From Trypanosoma brucei (lineage: Eukaryota): 64,000 nt of DNA. Numbering within the stretch: the stretch's first letter is position 1; every line of letters starts with the position of its first letter. Positions 54,486 to 62,356 of the stretch are shown here, piece by piece. Under the pieces are notes generated by a model. The model did not search any database. It was not told where the DNA came from and worked only from the letters and a program-made list of their open reading frames with translations. The stretch covers positions 1,280,001-1,344,000 of the forward strand of contig CP000066.1 in NCBI GenBank assembly GCA_000002445.1, given 5' to 3'. The translations under genes were made by a program, and so were the position numbers.

Positions 54486-56468
54486 CTAAATAAGAGCAAA
54501 CTCTCGAACACTGTCAAGGGCGGTACGCGCCTTCGTTAAAGCAGTCATCATCGCCGTGGTGGCGCTTCGTTGCTGAGCAATTTGTGGTGGCTCCGCAAGC
54601 AATTCCTCAACGGACCTTTCAGAATACAGTTTTCGCACCAACCTGGCATACACATCCTCACGCAACTTAGTTATCATGAGAAGAGTGATCGCTTTCGGTA
54701 CCTGATCAGCAACATTACTCTTCACAACAGCAAAGTAGCCCTCCACCATCTCACGAACCGCATCGTTGATATACTGTTCATGCGTTGACATTTTTTCATT
54801 TAGTTTGATGGAAGATGGTACAGCACCCATGTTGGATTTCTCCCCTTGAGAGACAATTGATTCTATCAGTCCCTTTCCACTTTTATCCTTGCTCACCTTC
54901 GCCTTACCCTTATCTTTATCATTTTCATTACCACCTTCCTCCTTTGACTCTTGGGCATTGCCACCAAATATTTTGATGAACGATCGCTGCACAAGATCCT
55001 CCATCAGTGGATGTTTCACATTGATGAAACCACGTTCAGCAGCAATGATTGTTTTGACATGCTCTACCGTGGGCGCACGGAATTCATTCAGCGCCTCACG
55101 GCATATATCCACAACAGCCTGCTTCAGTTTGGGGAAGCGCTCCAACTTGATTGAGCAGGCGTCGACGATCTTTATGAGTTCCTCGTACGTAAACTGCACG
55201 CACTTGAGTGACGGATCCTCCAAGCGCCCGATCTGCTGTTTTGCAAGTGCAACAAACACGTGATCTGATGGAAACAGGGACGCGTGCATACCAGCCATGT
55301 TCCGCGCATTAATGCGAATATACTCGTCGGTAAGGTCATTCTTCGCACTGATGCCGTTAACATATGTAGAGAAACATTCATGGAATATATAGTCAAGGCG
55401 GGCGCCACCAAGCAGTTCCTTAGAAGCATCCGATGCACCGCCATCAATTGTGTGGTTGATTGCGTCGCAAAACACTTTGATTAATGCCAGCATGCTAGCA
55501 CCAGGATCCACTCTGTCATGCTCACGCATACCAAGCCTTTCCATCTGTTTCCTTGTATCATCCAAGAGCTTGTCTACATGACTCTTTAACTCTGGAATAA
55601 CCATCTTGATGTGCTCGAGCAAGAGACCATTTAACTTCTGTGTCAGGTACTCTGTGCCCTGTGTGTCAGCAATGGACGCATATGCCGGGTGGTTGCGAAA
55701 AAATTCCTTTTCATCGTCACGAGCCGCTTGCATCCCCTTTGATGTATTTATATCATGTTGGCTGCGGTTAACGACACCAACGAAGCCGTGTCGAAGAGAC
55801 AAAACCTTCCCAGTAAGGATGTCGTACGCATCAGTGCCGCGATCCATAAGGTCCAGTTTCGTTAACACGGCAATTGTTCTCTCCCCCTCGGGATCCAACT
55901 GCTTGGCTATCTGGAGCGAAGAGCTCGTGGCCAAGTCAGCGTTTGCAGGAGATATCGCAAGAATAATTGTGTTTGAAGGAGAGATGTAACGCGTTACCAT
56001 ACTCTTGATCTGCCGATCGATATCTTTTGGTTGGTCACCAACGGCGTTCATCACGAGCCCGGGAAGATCGACAAGTGTCAGGTTAAGCACATGGGATGAG
56101 TAAATCTTGAGATTAATAGGCTTATCCGTAATAGCGGAGTGCCCAGCAACTTCCGTTGTACGGTTCTGAATCTCCTCATTGATCTCAGAAAAATCAAAAA
56201 ACTTCTTATTGGGTCTGTGGAGAAACTCACCCCATTCATCCTTGTTTGACCTTGGTAACTGTACCAGCTGCAAAACCAGTGGGCACCGTGTCACAATGCC
56301 TGAACCACGAGGAAGGAAATCCTTACCGACAATAGCCTCCAGCACACTGCTTTTGCCGGCACTCTGACTTCCCACAACAGCAATCTGTGGGAGGTTAAGC
56401 TTGATGTTCATCTTGACATTTGCAAAGGCATCGTGTAGGTCATTGACGACCGAGATGAGTCGCTCCAT
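54486..56468 (-). CDS. DLP: Dynamin-like protein (DLP), 660 aa, with GTPase, middle and GED domains
   Basis: MERLISVVNDLHDAFANV...LPQIAVVGSQSAGKSSVLEAIVGKDFLPRGSGIVTRCPLVLQL is the canonical dynamin G1/P-loop N-terminus. DLPG (LVDLPGL) and TKLD (VLTKLDLMD) GTPase motifs are present. The C-terminal GED-like helix follows a basic insert. Confidence 0.95.
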   Translation of the reverse strand: MERLISVVNDLHDAFANVKMNIKLNLPQIAVVGSQSAGKSSVLEAIVGKDFLPRGSGIVTRCPLVLQLVQLPRSNKDEWGEFLHRPNKKFFDFSEINEEIQNRTTEVAGHSAITDKPINLKIYSSHVLNLTLVDLPGLVMNAVGDQPKDIDRQIKSMVTRYISPSNTIILAISPANADLATSSSLQIAKQLDPEGERTIAVLTKLDLMDRGTDAYDILTGKVLSLRHGFVGVVNRSQHDINTSKGMQAARDDEKEFFRNHPAYASIADTQGTEYLTQKLNGLLLEHIKMVIPELKSHVDKLLDDTRKQMERLGMREHDRVDPGASMLALIKVFCDAINHTIDGGASDASKELLGGARLDYIFHECFSTYVNGISAKNDLTDEYIRINARNMAGMHASLFPSDHVFVALAKQQIGRLEDPSLKCVQFTYEELIKIVDACSIKLERFPKLKQAVVDICREALNEFRAPTVEHVKTIIAAERGFINVKHPLMEDLVQRSFIKIFGGNAQESKEEGGNENDKDKGKAKVSKDKSGKGLIESIVSQGEKSNMGAVPSSIKLNEKMSTHEQYINDAVREMVEGYFAVVKSNVADQVPKAITLLMITKLREDVYARLVRKLYSERSVEELLAEPPQIAQQRSATTAMMTALTKARTALDSVREFALI

Positions 56469-56479
56469 AGGATCAAAAG

Positions 56480-56620
56480 TATCTAATAAAGGTGTAAGAT
56501 ATTAGTGTGCATGTGTGTGTGAAGAGGGGGAGATATAAACATCAACAAGGAAAGAACCACATGCAAGAACAATGATAACGAACATAAGGTGGGAATTCGG
56601 AAGACACTGTCACACATTTA
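56480..56620 (-). promoter_or_regulatory. Purine-rich (+) / polypyrimidine (coding-strand) tract upstream of the dynamin-like gene. Putative trans-splicing signal.
   Basis: aaaggtgtaagat...gaagagggggagatataaacatcaacaaggaaagaaccacatgcaagaacaatgataacgaacataagg lies directly 5' of the ATG at 56468. Confidence 0.35.
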
Positions 56621-56736
56621 TCGTCACAGAGGTAGATTTTGCCTCATAGAAGAAGAGGGAAATATGATCTATTTTACAGGGTATGAGGTTGTGCGGCCCC
56701 CCTTACCTAGTCACAGCAGTATGGATCAGTAATCTT

Positions 56737-57888
56737 TCACCCGGTTCCATCCTCATTTTTATCGTCACTCAGAAGACCAAGCAACCGCTGTCGCCGCCGC
56801 CTCGCCTCAGAAACCTCCTGCAAAACGTGTGGTGCGTACGGTATCCTAATTCGCAGTTCACCATTCACCGAGCTGCGTTGTACATTAACACCCGAGGGAG
56901 CAACCTCTTGGCTTAACGGAACCTGGATGAGTTTCTCCTTAACAAACACTCGTATGTAGTTCACTTCCACTTGTACGTCAATTAGCGTTGTGGAGAGGAA
57001 TCTCGGTACCTTCACTGTCAACACAACTGCTTCACCATCATCCGCTTCCTCGTCAAGAGTGAAGGGGAGTTTGGGTTCGTTTCTCAGCAGAAGCCGCCCG
57101 TGCTTCGCTATCTCCTCCTCCGCAGTGAGACGCTGCGGCTTCCTTTCCAACTCTTCACGTATCGCGCCGAACTGACTAGACCGCTCACGTTCCCGTTGCT
57201 CTTCCCTTTTGCGCCTCTCCTCCTCCTCCTTCTCGCGCAGCATCTGGAGCCGCTCCTCTGGAGTATGGCCATATAAACGCTCACCCTTCTCGTTGTATCG
57301 TGGCGGAAAGGGGTCAACGCCTCGTGCAACCATCTCTGACTTGATACGCTCCGCTTCCTGCAGTCGCAGTGCCTCCTCATTCACAGCGACTGAAATGTCG
57401 TCTTTGCTTTGACGCGCCTCCAGCCGCTCTGTCTTAATTACCTCTTCTCCATCGAGCTCACGCAGCTGCGGCAGCGCGTGCACAACGTAGGCACGGTACC
57501 CGGCCACCTTCGTGCATGGGTTTCCAGTAAGATGCAACTGGTCCAGGAAAGCGTTCGCCCGCAGGCGCTCCACGCATGTCACGTCCGCCACAAAGTTCAG
57601 CGTCAGATCCAGACGCTCCAGGGCCTCACATCCCTCGAGACCTTCGATGTAAGTAATATTGTTCACAGCAAGGTTCAAATATTTGAGATACTTGAGATGC
57701 TGTAGGCCCTCGATGCGGGAAATGTAGTTGTTGCACAAGTATAGGATCTCCAGCTCACGACACGCGTCCCCAATGAGCTCGATCCTTTCAATGTCCTGCT
57801 GATGCAGTGCCACCTCCTTCAGGTTGCTTAGGCAACCTTCATTGTGCTCCGCGCGACGCCGAAGAAGGTCGGTAGTGATGCGGCCCAT
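56737..57888 (-). CDS. LRTP: LRRC6/TilB/Seahorse (LRTP) homologue: leucine-rich repeats plus LRRcap, a coiled-coil and a C-terminal CS-like domain. An axonemal dynein-arm assembly / basal-body protein, about 383 aa.
   Basis: MGRITTDLLRRRAEHNEGCLSNLKEVALHQQDIERIELIGDACRELEILYLCNNYISRIEGLQ...YLNLAVNNITYIEGLEGCEALERLDLTLNFV...LHLTGNPC closely parallels the human LRRC6 N-terminus (MGWITEDLIRRNAEHNDC...LSLHQQEIERLE...LYLQNN.I.KIEN...[31 protein letters not shown]...LFLMGNPC). The ERLQMLREKEEEERRKREE coiled-coil and a C-terminal beta-rich p23/CS-like segment follow. Start placed at MGRIT (57888). Confidence 0.8.
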   Translation of the reverse strand: MGRITTDLLRRRAEHNEGCLSNLKEVALHQQDIERIELIGDACRELEILYLCNNYISRIEGLQHLKYLKYLNLAVNNITYIEGLEGCEALERLDLTLNFVADVTCVERLRANAFLDQLHLTGNPCTKVAGYRAYVVHALPQLRELDGEEVIKTERLEARQSKDDISVAVNEEALRLQEAERIKSEMVARGVDPFPPRYNEKGERLYGHTPEERLQMLREKEEEERRKREEQRERERSSQFGAIREELERKPQRLTAEEEIAKHGRLLLRNEPKLPFTLDEEADDGEAVVLTVKVPRFLSTTLIDVQVEVNYIRVFVKEKLIQVPLSQEVAPSGVNVQRSSVNGELRIRIPYAPHVLQEVSEARRRRQRLLGLLSDDKNEDGTG

Positions 57889-58095
57889 TGCTTGTATGAA
57901 CAATTAAAACAAAGGTCCGCTGCTTATGCCGCCCGCCCTATAAGCAACAGGATACTCTATACCTTGAAGAAGGAACGGAAAGAAGTGATGAAATAGGGAG
58001 AACGCGGCAATACCGGAATGCTGATGCACTAATGGGACCGCATAGCACCGCTACGGAATTCTCGATAGAAACTACACCCGAGACCATTACGTACC

Positions 58096-59370
58096 TCAGA
58101 GTGGCGGCATGGTGGGGGCTCCACAGCTACTATCCCCAAATGCCATCTGCAGTGCCCGCCGCGCGTCGTCAAAACGCTGGTGATCCCCAGACAACATCGC
58201 CTCGTCCACCACCTCAGTGTGGCGCAGCAGCACCGTGTCTTCGTCGCGCAGTTTGTGTCTGTACTCATAGTGTCCCAGCCGCACCAACTCACGCCCCGCA
58301 ACGGACGCGCGCATAAGCGTCAGGAAGGTGTCCATCAACACCTCGTAGAACGGTGACGACATGGCATGCCGCCGCAGCAGCATGTGCAAGCCTGACACCG
58401 TTGAGTCCAGCGCCTCGTGCGAGCCTGCGGGAAAGACGGCGCGGATAGCATCACGGTGGCGGAAGTGGTAGTCAAGGCGGCGTCCGAACACGAACTCACG
58501 CGCCGCATGATTTGTGCATGCCATCGCTATGGTTGCTACAGCGCATGAGGGCAACGGAGATCCCAGTGGAAGTCCCAGCACACCATTCACCAGCTGCTCT
58601 GTTGCACTAGTCGCGTGCTGCAGATAAGACATCGTCGCTGACACGGACCCAGGGTACTCACTACTTACCAACCCGGCACCCATGCTACACAGTGGTACAC
58701 ACCCGTTCACGAGCGAAAGAATTTCCGCTGCCAATGGTCCATCTAACCACGTAACACTCTCTCGTCGCCAGAGCCGCTCCGTCAGCGACTGCAATGAACG
58801 GGAAAGCTCAACGTCAGCCTTACCACCCAAAGCGAACGAAAGCGTGACACCGCTATTCCTATTGGCATCACCTCCATCACACGCAGCCGCAGACGTCACG
58901 GCCCATTCCCTTGCAAAAAGAGGCCCGGACACAACAACTAACTTCGATGGCAGATCCTGAGACACCCGCCCAAGCTGCTCCAGTGGCGTCAAGCCTTCTC
59001 TAGTAAAACCACGTGTGAACAGGAGCATCGGCGCGTCAGCGTGATTCTGCGCGCACCTAACCATCGGGGGCGTATGAGCGCCGTCATTTTCCAGGCACGT
59101 CGCTGGGACGCATGAAAGTACAGCATCCACACCTACGTCATCCTTTATGGGCTCCGCATCTACAGCGCGCACTGTCAACCCCGATGGCGCTCGTATGCGT
59201 CGGTCAGCCAGGCGGAAAGTGCGTGAGCCATACTGCACATCATGAAGGTAGTCACGGTCACGCCCTACCATCGTCACCTCACAAGACGCGGCCGCCCCAT
59301 TCGCTAGCAGAGAGAGGGCACATGCAGTCCCCAGCTCCCCACTACCAAGCACAAGTAGTCGGGTGCGCAT
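58096..59370 (-). CDS. Divergent NAD-dependent glycerol-3-phosphate dehydrogenase-like Rossmann-fold protein, 424 aa. Assignment is weak and the protein is possibly non-catalytic.
   Basis: N-terminal LLVLGSGELGTACA resembles the GPDH dinucleotide-binding GSGNWGTA motif. KLVVVSGPLFAREWA resembles the GPDH 'SGPNxAxEVA' segment. Overall order and length fit the GPDH N and C domains, but a canonical GALKNV catalytic-Lys motif is not evident. Confidence 0.4.
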   Translation of the reverse strand: MRTRLLVLGSGELGTACALSLLANGAAASCEVTMVGRDRDYLHDVQYGSRTFRLADRRIRAPSGLTVRAVDAEPIKDDVGVDAVLSCVPATCLENDGAHTPPMVRCAQNHADAPMLLFTRGFTREGLTPLEQLGRVSQDLPSKLVVVSGPLFAREWAVTSAAACDGGDANRNSGVTLSFALGGKADVELSRSLQSLTERLWRRESVTWLDGPLAAEILSLVNGCVPLCSMGAGLVSSEYPGSVSATMSYLQHATSATEQLVNGVLGLPLGSPLPSCAVATIAMACTNHAAREFVFGRRLDYHFRHRDAIRAVFPAGSHEALDSTVSGLHMLLRRHAMSSPFYEVLMDTFLTLMRASVAGRELVRLGHYEYRHKLRDEDTVLLRHTEVVDEAMLSGDHQRFDDARRALQMAFGDSSCGAPTMPPL

Positions 59371-59740
59371 GACAAATTCACAGATCTGCCCCGTACCTCA
59401 CCGCTCCAAACATCAAACCTTGGAGAGGCAACATCAAAGGAGGATAGGGAACAACAAAGACATATGGAGGAGTAGCAACCGCAGGCTGCAACACTGTAGT
59501 GACGGGGAACCAACAAAAAATATGCAAACGCCATGTCCACCACTCACAAGCAAGCTGGTGGGAAGTCTCCCGATGAATGGTAAAATAAATGTTACCCACT
59601 CATGCGCTAGCAATAAACTTTACCAATACTACCTCCTTCATGTTTCTCATTTCTCCCTCCCCAACCCTAAAAATAAAATTCACCTGTGTTTCCTGCACAC
59701 ACAGTCATGCGTAGTGGAGCCATGCACAAAATATACTGGC

Positions 59741-62356
59741 TCACCGCGGAAAGAACAGGTAGGAGAGCTTTTGTCCACATCCCCACCGGCTCTGTAACCA
59801 GCCGCTCATCCTTATGCGCTCCACAGCTCGGTGCACGGCCAGTCGCGCATGAGGAAGCGGATTCAATCGGAAGAATTCGTCGAACTCCTTAGCATATGCT
59901 TCACCCGTGAGTGAAGAGCCAACAGCTTCCACGATGGCCTGAATCCGAAACGTTCCGCTTCCCCACTGCTTCTCGATTCCCTGGAAGTGCTTCTTGAACA
60001 GCGACCAGACATAGCCATTTGGAAGAGAGGGGCTTCCCGCCATCGCAGAAAATATCACACCACCATACTGTGACCGGATACCGTCGTTATAGATACAGCG
60101 CTTCGCAATACCCTCGACAAATTCGGCATCCTCGGCATAGCAGACGGCTCGCAGCAACGAGCGGCATAACTCTACGTTGTCATGAGCCTCCGCAAACCGA
60201 TTCCACACAGTCTGCGCACGTGCCGAAGTTTCCCCGGGTCCTAAGCGTATATACGCTGCCAGGGACATGGTAAGCGTGTCGGCGGTATACGTTGACCCTC
60301 CCAGATAAGCATCTGCTTCCTTCAGTGCCCACTCAACTGCTGGCAGCGCGAGTGCCTCCTTTGCAGACAGGCAATGAAGTGCCGTGGAAATGCATGCGTT
60401 GATAAAGAAGGCACGCTGCAGGCGCTCCTCTGCCGTACACGGTTCTGTCGAAACAAGCTTCGTCGCCACAACCATAATCTGGTACATTAGATTGTGTCGC
60501 AGCTCCCGCCGCACGTTGCCATCTTCCACGAATCCAAGGAAGTCATTCATATCGTGGTAGTACTCCTGCCACACTCCCGCATTCAACTCTCGCTCTGTGA
60601 GGACGCACCGGAGGATAGACAAACGCTCCACGTCATTATTTCCCATGTACACGGACGCCAGTGTGTCTGCAATCAAACCACAACGGTCAGGGATGGTAAG
60701 AGACTTGTATGCCCCCAACAATGACGAGAAGCTTGCTTCATCGTATCTGCAACGAAAGAAGCCTCGCCTCCGCGGGTTTGCGTTAATCCAGGGCGACTGA
60801 GCGAGCTCTTTAGGGAGATCCACACGCTGTTCCCCGCTCCCCCGCAAGGCGACACGGTGGCTGGTCCCATTGGCGCCTTCCAACACCACAGGCACACACC
60901 ATAGAGTACTCCTCCGCTCAGTCGCAGAGGCAAATTGACAAGGCTCTTGGCGCAGTATAACTACGCCAGACGATGGGCGGCTGACGTGGACAAGAGGGAA
61001 ACCCATCTGTGTTGTGAAAGAATCCATCGCCTCCGTCAGTGGGACCCCAGAGGACTCTTCCAGTGCCTCCCACAGTTGTTTCGTCGTTGTTGCGCCATAG
61101 CGATGCTTTTTGATGTAATGGGCCACCGAAGATGCCCACTTCTCGCCTAGGAACGCCTCTAGCATGTGCACCAGACCCATCCCCTTGTCGTAGCTAATCG
61201 CGTCGAATATCTGAGTAATCTCCGCGGGATCGCGGATGGGAACTTCCACAGGATGACTGTGCTCGTACATGTCACTTATCAGTGCGCTCGCCACACTTGC
61301 GTTGGCGTCCTCGTTGGCCCTCCATGCCGGCTGTAATTGGTGGGCAGCGTCATAGCCACACCACGAGGCAAATCCCTCCTTCAGCCATAGTCCTTCCCAC
61401 CAGTTGACGGTCACCAGGTTGCCAAACCAGTTGTGCGACACCTCGTGGCAGATCAACTCCGCGGCACCCTTCAGTGCTGCAACACTGGACGTTTCTTCAT
61501 CCACCAAAATGGCCTCCACGCAGGCAATGCAACCCCAGTTTTCCATCCCCCCGATTGGAAAGTCCGGTACGGCGACGACATCTAACTTGGGTAGGGGGTA
61601 CTTGCAATCAAAGAACTTCTCGAAGTACTCCAATGCAAAGGCGGTAGTGCGGAGTGCGAATGCTGCGCGCTGCAGCTTTCCAGGTACTGTGTAGACCCTT
61701 ATCGGTATGCCACAGGTTGTGGTACCAATGTGTTCCAGTTCCCCCACGAAACACGCGGTGAGATATGGAGGCACTGCGGGCACCATCTCAAAATCATAGG
61801 TCACGACATTGGACTCCACCTTCTTCGCACGGAGCGGACCGTTCGACAGCACCGTGTAGTTTTCCATGTCGCACGGAAGGGACACACGGAGCTTGAAGTC
61901 TGCACGGGCTGCCGGCTCGTCCTGACAGATGTAAAAGCAGCGCGCTGCTGTCGGCTCAAAATGCGTAGCAGCCATGCGGTGCTCCGTGCCGTCACCAGTT
62001 TTGAAGCACACACGGTAAAAGCCCCTCATTTCCTCTCGAATTTCTTGCGTGTAGCTGAACGTCACCGTGTGCTCCTCCGCAGTTTCACCACTCAGCTGCA
62101 ACTGCAAGGTGCTGGCCTCTTGGTTGTGCCCCACAATTGTCGCCCCACACACCTCGTGAATAGCCATCGTTGAGTTGTAATGCAACTGCAGCTCCTTTGA
62201 TCCTTCCACATCAGCCGCCCTTCGCAGTACAATTGTTTCCTTCCCATCGTACTTCCAACCTGCGAGGTCTACGCTGACGTGCAAGTCGTAGGACACAGGG
62301 ACGAAGGGGTTGCGTAACTTCACCGTATTCGCGGCATCTGAGGGGAGAGTTGGCAT
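59741..62356 (-). CDS. M1 family zinc aminopeptidase (aminopeptidase N / puromycin-sensitive-like), 871 aa
   Basis: GGMENWG (GAMEN exopeptidase motif). HEVSHNWFGNLVT...WLKEGFASW (HEXXH-x18-E zinc-binding motif). Length and N-terminal beta-domain plus C-terminal helical ERAP-like domain organisation fit. Confidence 0.95.
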   Translation of the reverse strand: MPTLPSDAANTVKLRNPFVPVSYDLHVSVDLAGWKYDGKETIVLRRAADVEGSKELQLHYNSTMAIHEVCGATIVGHNQEASTLQLQLSGETAEEHTVTFSYTQEIREEMRGFYRVCFKTGDGTEHRMAATHFEPTAARCFYICQDEPAARADFKLRVSLPCDMENYTVLSNGPLRAKKVESNVVTYDFEMVPAVPPYLTACFVGELEHIGTTTCGIPIRVYTVPGKLQRAAFALRTTAFALEYFEKFFDCKYPLPKLDVVAVPDFPIGGMENWGCIACVEAILVDEETSSVAALKGAAELICHEVSHNWFGNLVTVNWWEGLWLKEGFASWCGYDAAHQLQPAWRANEDANASVASALISDMYEHSHPVEVPIRDPAEITQIFDAISYDKGMGLVHMLEAFLGEKWASSVAHYIKKHRYGATTTKQLWEALEESSGVPLTEAMDSFTTQMGFPLVHVSRPSSGVVILRQEPCQFASATERRSTLWCVPVVLEGANGTSHRVALRGSGEQRVDLPKELAQSPWINANPRRRGFFRCRYDEASFSSLLGAYKSLTIPDRCGLIADTLASVYMGNNDVERLSILRCVLTERELNAGVWQEYYHDMNDFLGFVEDGNVRRELRHNLMYQIMVVATKLVSTEPCTAEERLQRAFFINACISTALHCLSAKEALALPAVEWALKEADAYLGGSTYTADTLTMSLAAYIRLGPGETSARAQTVWNRFAEAHDNVELCRSLLRAVCYAEDAEFVEGIAKRCIYNDGIRSQYGGVIFSAMAGSPSLPNGYVWSLFKKHFQGIEKQWGSGTFRIQAIVEAVGSSLTGEAYAKEFDEFFRLNPLPHARLAVHRAVERIRMSGWLQSRWGCGQKLSYLFFPR

